DNA of 63,885 nt, counting the filler, from an uncultured bacterium (GTDB lineage: Bacteria; Latescibacterota; UBA2968): NCBI GenBank assembly GCA_964471275.1. It is 5 parts of 5 records of this genome, joined end to end, with 100 filler letters (N's around TTAATTAATTAA, not from the genome) between each part and the next. Parts side by side here need not be neighbours in the genome. Positions count along the whole stretch, not along the records: positions 27,067 to 40,477 come from CAYYGZ010000130.1; 4 more parts are not named here. One strand, written 5' to 3'. Below the pieces are notes generated by a model. It did no database searches and had not been told where the DNA came from. It saw only the letters and a list, made by a program, of their open reading frames with translations. Positions 27,548 to 37,777 of this stretch are shown piece by piece. A program made the translations under genes and the position numbers. The stretch's first letter is position 1. Every line of letters starts with the position of its first letter.

Positions 27548-30500
27548 ATGCCGATACTGAATCTCTACCGGAAGCCCGGTCTGTCCGACAGCCACCGACG
27601 TGAGATCGTGCAGCGAATGCGCCCCCTCTCTGACCAATCGCTGGAAGTGGCGACAGAGATTTGCTACTACATCGAGTCTGCAATCCCCCTGACCGCTAGA
27701 GAACGAGATCAAGTCAACTGGCTTCTGGGCGAGACTTTCGAGCCAGAGCACCTTGGGCAAGCATCGTTTCTGCCCGAGAACGAGAGCGTCATCGAAGTCG
27801 GCCCCCGTATGAGCTTCTCGACGGCGTGGTCAACAAACGCAGTATCGATCTGTCACGCATGCGGAATCCATTCGGTCACGAGAATCGAGCGCTCTCGTCG
27901 GTATGCGCCCTCCAGTGCTCTCGCGGCCGAAGACCGATCGGTCTTCCTCTCTCTCGTACACGACAGAATGACAGAGTGTGAATACGAGGTCCCTCTGACT
28001 TCCTTCGAGACCGGTCTTTCGCCAGAACCCATAGAGGTTGTTCCGCTGATCGAGAAAGGGAGACAGGCACTTGAAGATCTGAACCAGAGAATGGGTCTCG
28101 CCTTTGACGAGTGGGATCTTGATTACTACAGCGATGTCTTTCTGGACAAACTTCGTCGCAATCCGACAAGCGTCGAGTGTTTTGACATCGCTCAGTCGAA
28201 CAGCGAGCACTCACGCCACTGGTTCTTCAAGGGCAAGCTCGTTCTTGACGGCAAGGAACTCCCCCACCACCTCATCGGCCTTATCCAGGAAACGCTGGAA
28301 GCGAACGGTGCCAACAGCATCATTGCATTCCGAGACAACTCGAGCGCGATCCGGGGATTGCGAATAGACACACTGACACCAGAGCAGGCAGGCCAGCCCT
28401 CTCGCCTGCAGCCTACGAGTGTCGTGTATCATCCCCTCCTGACCGCAGAAACACACAACTTCCCTTCGGGAGTCGCTCCCTTCCCTGGAGCGGAAACGGG
28501 TACCGGTGGGCGCATCCGAGATACCCACGCCACAGGACGGGGTTCTCTCGTGATTGCCGGCACCACGGCCTACTGTGTCGGCAACCTGCTGATCCCCGGG
28601 TATGACTTGCCATGGGAGGACAAGTCCTTTGGCTACCCGGAGAACCTCGCCAGTCCGTTGACGATCGAGATACAGGCCTCGAATGGCGCCTCTGACTATG
28701 GGAACAAGTTCGGTGAACCAATCATCCAGGGATACACACGCTCATTCGGGTTGCGTCTATCTTCGGGAGAGCGTCGGGAATGGATCAAACCGATCATGTT
28801 CAGCGCGGGGGTCGGGCAGATCGATGACCGGCACACGGAGAAGCACGAAGTCGAGATTGGGATGAAGGTGGTCAAGCTTGGCGGACCAGCCTACCGCATC
28901 GGGATGGGTGGGGGTGCCGCATCGAGCATGGTTCAGGGCGAGAACGTCGCAGAGCTGGACTTTAACGCCGTCCAGCGGGGTGACGCCGAGATGGAGCAGA
29001 AGGTCAATCGGGTCATCCGGGCGTGTGTCGAACTCGGCGAGAGCAACCCGATCGTCAGCATTCACGATCAGGGCGCAGGCGGGAACTGCAACGTCTTGAA
29101 GGAGATCGTGGAGCCCCTCGGCGCCCGGATCAACCTGCACGAGATACAGCTTGGCGATCAGACGCTTTCTGCTCTAGAAATATGGGGAGCTGAATACCAG
29201 GAGAATGACGCCCTTCTCGTTCGTGCGGAGGACGAAGACCAGTTCCGCGAGCTGTGCAGGCGTGAGAAGGTGCCCGTCTCTTTCGTCGGTGAAGTCACTG
29301 GGGATGGCAGAATCGTGGTCTATGATGGCCGATCTGACACGACACCGGTCGATCTGGATCTCGAGAGCGTGTTGGGCGACATGCCACAGAAGACGTTCGT
29401 TCTGGATCGCGCTCGCCGTGATCTCGTTCCACTGACCTTGCCCGATGATCTGACCCTGCGTGATGCGCTCGATCGAGTTCTGCGATTGCTCTCGGTCGGG
29501 TCCAAACGTTTCCTGACGAACAAGGTCGACCGCAGCGTCACCGGACTCGTCGCGCAGCAGCAATGCGTCGGTCCGCTTCAACTGACCCTGTCGGACATTG
29601 CCGTCGTCGCCCAGAGCCACACCGGAACGACAGGAATAGCCACAGCCATAGGCGAGCAGCCGATCAAGGGAATCATCGATCCTGCCGCGATGGCGCGTAT
29701 GACGATTGGCGAAGCACTGACCAACCTCGTGTGGGCCAGGGTCACCGGCATCACGGACATCAAATGTTCTGGCAACTGGATGTACGCCGCCAAGCTTCCT
29801 GGCGAAGGTGCCGACATGTATGACGCGGCGGTCGCCGTGCGCGACACGATGATCGAACTGGGCATCGCCATCGACGGCGGTAAAGACAGCCTTTCCATGG
29901 CCGCGATCGCACCGGGCAGAGAAGGTGAGCAGAACGAGACCGTCAAGAGTCCGGGAACATTCGTCGTCTCGGCATACGCCGGCTGTTCGGACATCACGCT
30001 GACCGTCACGCCGGACCTGAAGTGCAGCAACTCGGACCTGCTTCTGGTGGATCTGAGTGGTGGGAAGAGCAGGCTCGGTGGGTCGGCGCTCGCACAGGTC
30101 TTCGGGCAAATAGGTGAGGAAACGCCTGACGTGGCGAACACAGGTGTGCTACGGTCAGCCTTCAGCGTTACACAGGATCTGATCCAAGATCGTCTGATCC
30201 TCTCGGGGCACGACCGCAGTGACGGTGGGATGCTGACAGCGTTGCTGGAAATGTCTTTTGCCGGTGATATCGGTATCGAATTGGCGATCGATACGTCTGG
30301 GAGTTCGCCTCTGGAGACACTCTTCAACGAGGAACTGGGGCTGCTCATTGAGACCGACACTGCTGCGACAGATGAAGTCATTCAGCGCTACACAGAGGCT
30401 GGTATCCCATGCTCGCGTGTCGGACATACGACAGAGAGCCGCGCGATCCGAGTGACAGTTGACGCCCAGGTGGCCCTGGAGGATTCGGTAACCGAGCTTC

Positions 30501-31450
30501 GATCCCTGTGGGAAGAGACGAGCTACCAGCTCGACAGACTCCAAGCCAACCCGGATTGCGTCGACGAAGAGCGAGAGGTAAACCGGGGTCGGAGCACGCC
30601 GGCCTATTGGGTGTCATACACACCGGCAGCCCCGGCGAATTCCGCAACCACAGAGAAGCCCAAGGTGGCCATTCTGCGTGAGGAAGGGAGCAACGGGGAC
30701 CGTGAGATGGCTTCGGCCTTCCACCTTGCAGGTTTCGAGCCCTGGGATGTGAGCACGGCCGATATCGCGGCAGGCAAGATGAGCCTTGGCACGTTCAGCG
30801 GCCTGGCATTTGTCGGGGGATTCAGCTTTGCCGACGTGATGGACTCGGCAAAAGGATGGGCGGGCGTTATTCGATATAACGAGCGCGTGCTCGACGAAAT
30901 GCGCTCGTTCAGACTACGTCCCGATACCTTCAGCCTCGGCGTATGCAACGGCTGTCAGCTGATGGCGCTTCTGGGATGGGTACCCGGTGAAGAACTGGAA
31001 GGGGCTTCACAACCGCGATTCGTCCACAACTCGTCGGGCCGGTTCGAATCACGATTCTCGACAGTCCGAATCGACAGGAGTCCAGCGATCATGCTGGAAG
31101 GCATGCACAACTCGGTGCTTGGCGTGTGGGTCGCGCACGGCGAAGGGAGAGCCTACTTCCCAAATGAAGCGGTCAGACAATCGGTAGAGGATAGAAACCT
31201 GATCGCGCTACGCTACGCGGATGATGCCGGTAACCCGTCAGAAGCCTATCCGCACAACCCGAATGGTTCGCCCGCGGGTATTGCCGGGCTCTGCTCGGAG
31301 GACGGACGTCATCTGGCGATGATGCCTCACCCGGAGCGCGCCTTCCTGAAATGGCAATGGGGATGGATGCCGGGAGACTGGGAGAACATGGCCGCTTCGC
31401 CCTGGCTCAGGATGTTCCAGAACGCACGGTCCTGGTGCGACCAGACCTAG
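27548..31450 (+). CDS. purL: Phosphoribosylformylglycinamidine synthase (large single-chain PurL)
   Basis: AQSNSEHSRHWFF, AETHNFP, GAETGTGGRIRD, IHDQGAGG, GGKDSLSM, LREEGSNG, GVCNGCQ, MPHPER. Confidence 0.98.
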   Translation: MPILNLYRKPGLSDSHRREIVQRMRPLSDQSLEVATEICYYIESAIPLTARERDQVNWLLGETFEPEHLGQASFLPENESVIEVGPRMSFSTAWSTNAVSICHACGIHSVTRIERSRRYAPSSALAAEDRSVFLSLVHDRMTECEYEVPLTSFETGLSPEPIEVVPLIEKGRQALEDLNQRMGLAFDEWDLDYYSDVFLDKLRRNPTSVECFDIAQSNSEHSRHWFFKGKLVLDGKELPHHLIGLIQETLEANGANSIIAFRDNSSAIRGLRIDTLTPEQAGQPSRLQPTSVVYHPLLTAETHNFPSGVAPFPGAETGTGGRIRDTHATGRGSLVIAGTTAYCVGNLLIPGYDLPWEDKSFGYPENLASPLTIEIQASNGASDYGNKFGEPIIQGYTRSFGLRLSSGERREWIKPIMFSAGVGQIDDRHTEKHEVEIGMKVVKLGGPAYRIGMGGGAASSMVQGENVAELDFNAVQRGDAEMEQKVNRVIRACVELGESNPIVSIHDQGAGGNCNVLKEIVEPLGARINLHEIQLGDQTLSALEIWGAEYQENDALLVRAEDEDQFRELCRREKVPVSFVGEVTGDGRIVVYDGRSDTTPVDLDLESVLGDMPQKTFVLDRARRDLVPLTLPDDLTLRDALDRVLRLLSVGSKRFLTNKVDRSVTGLVAQQQCVGPLQLTLSDIAVVAQSHTGTTGIATAIGEQPIKGIIDPAAMARMTIGEALTNLVWARVTGITDIKCSGNWMYAAKLPGEGADMYDAAVAVRDTMIELGIAIDGGKDSLSMAAIAPGREGEQNETVKSPGTFVVSAYAGCSDITLTVTPDLKCSNSDLLLVDLSGGKSRLGGSALAQVFGQIGEETPDVANTGVLRSAFSVTQDLIQDRLILSGHDRSDGGMLTALLEMSFAGDIGIELAIDTSGSSPLETLFNEELGLLIETDTAATDEVIQRYTEAGIPCSRVGHTTESRAIRVTVDAQVALEDSVTELRSLWEETSYQLDRLQANPDCVDEEREVNRGRSTPAYWVSYTPAAPANSATTEKPKVAILREEGSNGDREMASAFHLAGFEPWDVSTADIAAGKMSLGTFSGLAFVGGFSFADVMDSAKGWAGVIRYNERVLDEMRSFRLRPDTFSLGVCNGCQLMALLGWVPGEELEGASQPRFVHNSSGRFESRFSTVRIDRSPAIMLEGMHNSVLGVWVAHGEGRAYFPNEAVRQSVEDRNLIALRYADDAGNPSEAYPHNPNGSPAGIAGLCSEDGRHLAMMPHPERAFLKWQWGWMPGDWENMAASPWLRMFQNARSWCDQT

Positions 31451-31453
31451 GGG

Positions 31454-32617
31454 TTACTCGAGACGTTCGACCCCGTTGACAGCCGTACAGGTATAGACTT
31501 CCGCCGAGTATTCGGACTGAGCCGTGTAACGCTGGTCTACCGCATCGACAAGGCGTTGCACGGCTTGATTTCTCGCAAGGCAAACGATGCACCCTCCGAA
31601 GCCCGCACCCGTCATTCGCGTGCCAACCACACCATCGACAGTGTTCGCGATCTCGACAAGGTGATCCAGCTCCGGTCCGCTAACTTCATAGTCATCACGC
31701 AGGCTCTGGTGAGATTCCGCCATTAGAGAACCGAATGCGACAATCTCCCCCTGTTTGAGCGCATCGACAGCTTCCGTAGTTCGCTCGATCTCTGTGATCA
31801 CGTGGCGGCATCTCGCGAAGATCTCCTCAGTCAGAACCCCCTTGTGGTCCTCGAGTTGCTCGAGTGAGATATCTCTCAACGCCCCGAAATCCTGCCCTGT
31901 CGCCAGCGCGAGTTGATGCACGCCGTCTTCGCACGCTCCACGTCTCTCATTGTAGGACGAATCCGTCAACCCCCGCTTGACACCTGAATTGCAGATCACG
32001 ATCCGAACATCCTCGTCGGCAAGCGGAACCAGCTCGAACGACAGGTCTCGGCAATCCAGGAAGAGCGCGTGCCCTACCCTCCCGTTTGCGCTGACGAACT
32101 GATCCATGATTCCACAGTTCACACCCACAAAACGGTTCTCTGCAAGCTGACCCACGGTCGCAAGCTTGGGTCCAGGCATAGAAATATCGAACAGCTCCAG
32201 CAGCCCTCTGCCGACGGCCATTTCCAGGGCTGCCGATGAGCTCAACCCCGCACCCAAAGGCACGTTTCCTGCGATTGTGGCATCGAACCCGGACATACTC
32301 AGGTTGATCGATTGGAATTCAGAAACCATGCCTTTGACATAATCAGACCAATGCCCTGTGGCAGAGAGGCTCCGATTGATGGTGAATTCCGCATCTTCAC
32401 CAAACGATACGGATCGGATGATTGCCTGGTTGTCAGACCGCGGGCGCGCAGCGAACACTACATATCGATCTATGGCGGCAGGAAACACGAACCCATCGTT
32501 GTAATCCGTGTGTTCACCTATCAGATTGACACGACCCGGTGCGCGAACAACCACCTTCGGCGCCTCGCTGAATCGGTCACAGAATTCTGTGATACAGTCG
32601 GATACGACGTTTTTCAC
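31454..32617 (-). CDS. galK: Galactokinase
   Basis: APGRVNLIGEHTDYNDG, PLGAGLSSSAA, CGIMDQ, RMTGAGFGGC. Confidence 0.97.
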   Translation of the reverse strand: MKNVVSDCITEFCDRFSEAPKVVVRAPGRVNLIGEHTDYNDGFVFPAAIDRYVVFAARPRSDNQAIIRSVSFGEDAEFTINRSLSATGHWSDYVKGMVSEFQSINLSMSGFDATIAGNVPLGAGLSSSAALEMAVGRGLLELFDISMPGPKLATVGQLAENRFVGVNCGIMDQFVSANGRVGHALFLDCRDLSFELVPLADEDVRIVICNSGVKRGLTDSSYNERRGACEDGVHQLALATGQDFGALRDISLEQLEDHKGVLTEEIFARCRHVITEIERTTEAVDALKQGEIVAFGSLMAESHQSLRDDYEVSGPELDHLVEIANTVDGVVGTRMTGAGFGGCIVCLARNQAVQRLVDAVDQRYTAQSEYSAEVYTCTAVNGVERLE

Positions 32618-34770
32618 GCAAGACGCTCTGTGCTACGTTCGATCGCACGTCTGATTTCCGCAGCCGAAACGTTCGGATCGGATGGGTTGACGCTTCTGCC
32701 GAATATATCCGTCCCCACGATATGTTTTCGGATGTCAGGACCACGCAGAAGACTCGAGATATGGATCTGGGCGTGGAATTCACCATTTGTCGACGTGGGC
32801 GCCTGAATTAACGCGAGGGAGTATTGGTAGGGCTGCCCAAAAAGCTCGTCCATCCCTCCCAGGATTCGCTTCAGCGCCGTTCCCAGATCCCCTCTCTCTG
32901 CCGCCGACAGTTCGGATAGACTTCGTATGGCTCGCCGTGGCACGAGCACAATATAATAGGGAAGCCATGCGGCGAACGGGACAAAACCACAGAATGTGTC
33001 GTCCGTGTGGAGGATTCTTCGTCCGTCCTCCAATTCAGCCTTGAGTGCCTCGGCAACAAAATCATCCGACTCGAAAGTGCTGATTTGCTCACGAACCATC
33101 AGATCGGGGATCGATCCATACGCGTATGCCTGCCCGTGCGGGTGCAGCTGGGAATTCCCCATAACGGCGCCCCGGTTCTCGAAAATCATGACATACTCGA
33201 TTCCGGGCAGCTTGCCAAGCCGGTCGTAGACCTCGATCCAGGCGTCGATGACGTGGTTGAGATCCCCAAGAGACATCGTCGACAGTCGATGTGAGTGATG
33301 GGCGCTGTAGACGATGACTTCGCAGATGCCCTTCGATGTACGTGCCACATACGAGCCGCCGGGTGCCGCAGGCTCATACGAGTCCAGCTTCATCGAGGGA
33401 AAATCGTTCGGGAACACGAAAGTATTCGGATAATCCGGGTTGACTGCGCCGCTGGTCCGGGTGTTCCCCGGACACAGATAGCAATCAGGATCGTGTGCGG
33501 GATCCGACACGACCGAGTCTGGTGACTCGATGTCCCCTTCCCACGGTCGCGCTCCACGCGATGAAGCAAAGGTGATCCATCTACCCCAGAAGGGGTTGTA
33601 ACGCTCTTCCTGGACGGCACGGTATCCACCAGGATTGTGACGGTGCCACCGCCACGCACGTGACATCGTTTCTTCCAGCGTCGCCGTGGACTCCCACCCG
33701 ATCTCTTCGGCGATCTTGCTGGCATCGGCAATCAGACGTTCCGGATCACCAGCCCGTCGATCCCCTTCGACACAAGGTATGTCCAGACCGGATACCTCCC
33801 GGGCCGTATCCACGATTTTTCGAACACTGAATCCGGCACGCGTCCCCAGATTATAGGTGTAGCCCCCGGGGCTGTCGACCATCCGATCGAGACAGGTGAC
33901 GTGTGCATCTGCAAGCTCCTGAACGGACACATAGTCGCGAACAGCCGTACCATCATCCGTCCCGTAGTCCGTTCCGTATACGGTCAACGCCTCTCGTTGA
34001 CCCAAAGCTGTCTGATATGCAATCGGGATCAGGTGTGTTTCCGGGTCATGATCCTCACCGATGAGCGCGGACTCTCCCGCTCCGGCAACATTGAAATATC
34101 TCAACGCGGTATAGGGCGTCTTCATCTGACGCCACGCTTTTTCCAGAAGGATCTCATCAATCAGCTTGGTGATCCCGTAGACGTTCGTCGGAATCCGCAG
34201 TTTCTGGACATCTTGATCCGTCAACGAAAATTCCGACTCGACCGTCTCGATCTCGTCTCGATACCAAGCTAGCAAGTCTTCGAATCCGACCGATGCGAGC
34301 ATCAGCTGACTCTCCCCGAAACGCCCTTCTGCGACAACTCGGTCCTGATAGTCTTCCCTCAACGGTAGATCGCCAGGAATCGGGTCACCATAGGTCGCCG
34401 CCGTCGTCGACTTTACGATTGGGATCCCGTGTCCGGACAGGACCAGATTCCGAAATCCCACAACGTTCGTGTCGAAGTATTGCCTCGGTGCCTCCTGAGA
34501 CTCGCCGACAAGGCTCTTCGCGGCGAAGTCGATGATACCGGTCGGCTCGTGTGTATCGAATACGCTGGCTACCGCTTCAGAATCGCAGAGATTCACGTTC
34601 TCGAACAGAAACTGGTCTCTGCCATACAGTCGATCAAACAGGTGTACGACTTCGATATGCCCGGTGGACAGATCATCGACAACGACGACGCGGCGTCCCT
34701 TCGCTAGAAGATGCTCAACCGTATGGGAGCCGACATAGCCTGCTCCACCTGTCACGAGAATCGTGCTCAA
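32614..34770 (-). CDS. galE-galT: Fused UDP-glucose 4-epimerase / galactose-1-phosphate uridylyltransferase
   Basis: N-half: TGGAGYVGSH, YGITK, LRYFNVAGA, PETHLIP, VRDY, RRAGDP. C-half: RYNPFWGRW..RPWEG, CYLCPGN, FPNDFP, FENRGAVMGNSQLHPHGQ. Confidence 0.93.
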   Translation of the reverse strand: MSTILVTGGAGYVGSHTVEHLLAKGRRVVVVDDLSTGHIEVVHLFDRLYGRDQFLFENVNLCDSEAVASVFDTHEPTGIIDFAAKSLVGESQEAPRQYFDTNVVGFRNLVLSGHGIPIVKSTTAATYGDPIPGDLPLREDYQDRVVAEGRFGESQLMLASVGFEDLLAWYRDEIETVESEFSLTDQDVQKLRIPTNVYGITKLIDEILLEKAWRQMKTPYTALRYFNVAGAGESALIGEDHDPETHLIPIAYQTALGQREALTVYGTDYGTDDGTAVRDYVSVQELADAHVTCLDRMVDSPGGYTYNLGTRAGFSVRKIVDTAREVSGLDIPCVEGDRRAGDPERLIADASKIAEEIGWESTATLEETMSRAWRWHRHNPGGYRAVQEERYNPFWGRWITFASSRGARPWEGDIESPDSVVSDPAHDPDCYLCPGNTRTSGAVNPDYPNTFVFPNDFPSMKLDSYEPAAPGGSYVARTSKGICEVIVYSAHHSHRLSTMSLGDLNHVIDAWIEVYDRLGKLPGIEYVMIFENRGAVMGNSQLHPHGQAYAYGSIPDLMVREQISTFESDDFVAEALKAELEDGRRILHTDDTFCGFVPFAAWLPYYIVLVPRRAIRSLSELSAAERGDLGTALKRILGGMDELFGQPYQYSLALIQAPTSTNGEFHAQIHISSLLRGPDIRKHIVGTDIFGRSVNPSDPNVSAAEIRRAIERSTERLA

Positions 34771-35669
34771 TGGTCTGTAACCTGCTTCCCGATCGTGGTG
34801 AGTATATGGCGGAGTGCGTTGAGCTGGTCTTCACTCAGTCGCGAGACGGGTCTTCTGGGCGGCCCACCGGCATACCCGACAAGGTCAGCCCCAGCCTTGA
34901 GCATAGCAGGATGCGTCCCGAGCGTGAACGCATCCCGGAGAGGAGCCAGACGTCCTTGAAGCATCTTCGCACGCGCGTCGTCGCCAGCGAGATAAGCGTC
35001 ATAGATCCCGGCGGCGATGTCCGGTGCTACGTTTGCGCTCGCGGCGATCGCAGCCGCAGCACCAATCTCGAATGCTGCGTGAATCAGGGTATCTCTGCCC
35101 ATAACAACTTTGAACGTCTCGGGCAGATCCCGCAAAAACATCAGGGCCTGTTCAAAATCGCCAGAACTGTCCTTGATGCCCACGATATTCGGAAACCGAC
35201 GATGCAGCTTCTCGATCAGAGAGAGTGACAGCCTGTTGCCCGTTCTTGCCGGTAGATTGTACAGAAGGATAGGGAGTTGAGTCGCTTCAGCAATCTCGGC
35301 GTAATGCCGGAACATCTCATCTTCGTTCGGTACGATGAACCCGGGAGTCAGGATCGATAAACAACCTACACCAGCAGTCTCAGCCGATCTGGACAACGAC
35401 ACGGCTTCCGCCGTGGAGTTTGCGGACGTCCCCACGTATACGGGCACACGACCACAAGTAAACTCAACAGTCCACGCGTAGACCTGCCTTTTTTCCTCTG
35501 CAGACATCGCCCAGAATTCACCAGCCGTTCCGCAGGTAAACACGCCATGAACGCCTGCATCTATCACGCCATCTATGAGTCGCCTCATACCCTCGCGACT
35601 CAGCGACTCGTCATCGTTCATGGGCGTGACAAGTGCGGGAATGACACCTTTGATAAAGCTTCCGTCCAT
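34767..35669 (-). CDS. DapA/NanA-family aldolase (dihydrodipicolinate synthase family)
   Basis: PALVTPM, GTAGE, LYNLPARTG, IVGIKDSSGD; coupled to galE-galT-galK. Confidence 0.9.
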   Translation of the reverse strand: MDGSFIKGVIPALVTPMNDDESLSREGMRRLIDGVIDAGVHGVFTCGTAGEFWAMSAEEKRQVYAWTVEFTCGRVPVYVGTSANSTAEAVSLSRSAETAGVGCLSILTPGFIVPNEDEMFRHYAEIAEATQLPILLYNLPARTGNRLSLSLIEKLHRRFPNIVGIKDSSGDFEQALMFLRDLPETFKVVMGRDTLIHAAFEIGAAAAIAASANVAPDIAAGIYDAYLAGDDARAKMLQGRLAPLRDAFTLGTHPAMLKAGADLVGYAGGPPRRPVSRLSEDQLNALRHILTTIGKQVTDH

Positions 35670-35782
35670 AACGAGTCTCCGGAGTTCTCAAGCACGCCAA
35701 CAGCCGCGTCGATGATACCCTTTGCTATTCCCGTTGTCAATTGGGACGCTCGACCTAGAGGGGGAGCAAACTCAATTACGGC

Positions 35783-35811
35783 TTGACACTTCCGGAAATA
35801 CGGACTACGTT
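35783..35811 (+). promoter_or_regulatory. Sigma70-type promoter of greA
   Basis: TTGACA-N17-TACGTT. Confidence 0.7.
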
Positions 35812-35825
35812 TTGTTCACACTGAT

Positions 35826-35866
35826 CCGGGGTTCCGCCCTTACTAGGCGAAACCTTGGTTTTTTTT
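35826..35866 (+). terminator. Intrinsic terminator in the greA 5' leader
   Basis: CCGGGGTTCCGCC-cttacta-GGCGAAACCTTGG followed by T8, 11 nt before the greA ATG. Confidence 0.7.
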
Positions 35867-35877
35867 ATGGAGTATGC

Positions 35878-36348
35878 ATGAACCGCGTTTATTTAACAAA
35901 AGAAGGCTACGAAAAGCTCCGCAGTGAGCTTGAGAAACTCGAAAAAGAAGAACGTCCCGTCGTGATAGAGGCGATCGCCCACGCTCGGGAGTTTGGCGAC
36001 CTGAGCGAGAATGCTGAATACGCAGCTGCCAAAGAGCGTCAGATGCATCTGGAAAGACGCATTGCGGAGATCCACGAGAAGCTGACTCGATCTGAGATCA
36101 TCGATGAGTCACAGATCCCAAAGGACAAGGCCTATCTTGGCGCCATGGTCACGTTGAAAGACGAGTCGAGTGGCGACGAGATCACCTACACGCTCGTTTC
36201 CACCGACGAGGCGGACTTCAACGCAAACAAGATTTCGACGGAATCTCCCGTCGGGAAGGCCATGCTGGGAAAGAAGGTCGGGGAGAAGGTCGAGGCAACC
36301 GTTCCTGCCGGGACTCTGAACTACGAGATTCTAGCGATCAACCGGTAG
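35878..36348 (+). CDS. greA: Transcription elongation factor GreA
   Basis: True start ATG 35878 after GGAG; LTKEGYEKL, AREFGDLSENAEY, ISTESPVGKA. Confidence 0.97.
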   Translation: MNRVYLTKEGYEKLRSELEKLEKEERPVVIEAIAHAREFGDLSENAEYAAAKERQMHLERRIAEIHEKLTRSEIIDESQIPKDKAYLGAMVTLKDESSGDEITYTLVSTDEADFNANKISTESPVGKAMLGKKVGEKVEATVPAGTLNYEILAINR

Positions 36349-36374
36349 CCTGAACCACAGGCAGCAGATACGAA

Positions 36375-36399
36375 GACGCAACCACCGGTTGCGTCCTTT
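36375..36399. terminator. Hairpin between convergent greA and rlmD
   Basis: GACGCAACC-acc-GGTTGCGTC. Confidence 0.6.
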
Positions 36400-36400
36400 C

Positions 36401-37777
36401 CTATTCCCTGTCCAGTCGCGCGAGCACCTCACAATGAGGCGTCTGCGGGAGCATATCCACAAGCTGGAGCAAGTTCAGCCGATAACCGTGTGCCTTCAAA
36501 ATGGAAACATCGGTCGCCAACGACGCAGGGTTGCACGAGACGTAGACCACTCGTTTGGGTGCCAGATCGATCAGACTCCGGATCGCCCGATGATGCATGC
36601 CCGCTCGGGGCGGATCGGTAACCGCGACGTCGAACTGCTCGCCCTGCGTGCACAGCTGGCCCAATAGATCCTCCGCAGGGCCGGACATGAATCCGCAATT
36701 CGAAACGCCATTCTGAGCACTGTTCTTCGTCGCGTCCTTGACAGCCTCCGCCGAGGCCTCCACACCCAGAACGGTCCCTGCTGAGCGGGACAGATAGAGC
36801 GAGATTCCGCCGGTTCCGCAGTAGACATCAAGAACACGCTCGCCCCCTGTCAGCTCGCAGATCTCCTCAATCCGAGAAAACATGACGTCAGCCTGTATTG
36901 TGTTCGGCTGAACGAATGACGAAGGGGAGATATCAAATGTGTACGCACCGATTGTTTCAGTAATAGACTTGGTTCCAGTGACGACCCGGTTCTCCTCACC
37001 ATAGGCCACCTGGGCCTTTCCCTTGTTTACCGTGTGAATCACACTCTTGACCCTCGAGATTCGACTGACCAGCGTTGCTGCCAGTTGATCGATTTCAGGA
37101 AAAGGTTCCTGCGATGTCGTGAGGATTACCATCACTTCTCTCGATTGCGTCGACTCACGCACCGTCAGAAACCGCAGAAGTCCCTCGTGTGTCTTCAGGT
37201 TGTAGGGTGTGAGACCGCGGGAAACAACGAATGACCGAACCTGTGCCACAATATCGCTAACGGATGGGGGCACGAGTTCGCACCGGTCGAGATCGAATAT
37301 GCGACCGAACTGACCGGCGGGATGGAGACCGATCTGGACGCCGCCTTCTTCCGACCCAACCGAAAACTCCATCTTGTTTCTGTAACCGTAAGGTGAGTTT
37401 GCCGTCATCGTAGGTCCGATCTTCACTGAGTCCCCTGCCTGCATCGCCTGAAGCACGATCGACTCCTTGAGACGGATCTGTTCACCATACGGGAGATCCT
37501 GCCATAAGCATCCCCCACACAGACCAAAATGCTGGCAACGTGGGTTCTCACGAGTGACAGATTCGGATACGCGCTCAATAACGCGGGCTTCTGCCTCACG
37601 CCTACGATGTCGAACCTTCCTCAATCGGCAGAGAACCCTGTCACCCGGTACACTGCCTCGAACCAGGACTTCGTAGTCACCGTAGATCCCGACGCCCTGA
37701 CCCTTGACCGTCAGTCGCTCGATCTCGATCTCCACCACGTGACCCGGTTTGGGCTTTATAAATGCATCTATGCTCAG
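36401..37777 (-). CDS. rlmD: 23S rRNA (uracil-5)-methyltransferase RlmD/TrmA family
   Basis: TRAM domain, CQHFGLCGGC, YRNKMEF, SFVQPN, LDVYCGTG, DPPRAG, YVSCNP, DMLPQTPHCE. Start uncertain; the track start at 37927 overlaps the upstream gene. Confidence 0.92.
   Translation of the reverse strand: MSIDAFIKPKPGHVVEIEIERLTVKGQGVGIYGDYEVLVRGSVPGDRVLCRLRKVRHRRREAEARVIERVSESVTRENPRCQHFGLCGGCLWQDLPYGEQIRLKESIVLQAMQAGDSVKIGPTMTANSPYGYRNKMEFSVGSEEGGVQIGLHPAGQFGRIFDLDRCELVPPSVSDIVAQVRSFVVSRGLTPYNLKTHEGLLRFLTVRESTQSREVMVILTTSQEPFPEIDQLAATLVSRISRVKSVIHTVNKGKAQVAYGEENRVVTGTKSITETIGAYTFDISPSSFVQPNTIQADVMFSRIEEICELTGGERVLDVYCGTGGISLYLSRSAGTVLGVEASAEAVKDATKNSAQNGVSNCGFMSGPAEDLLGQLCTQGEQFDVAVTDPPRAGMHHRAIRSLIDLAPKRVVYVSCNPASLATDVSILKAHGYRLNLLQLVDMLPQTPHCEVLARLDRE

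Noticed and set aside
35722..35877. N-terminal extensions given by the ORF track for greA, rlmD, KAP, PhyH and Gfo/Idh/MocA
   Set aside because: They run through promoters, terminators or upstream genes; downstream starts have clear RBS and match family N-termini.
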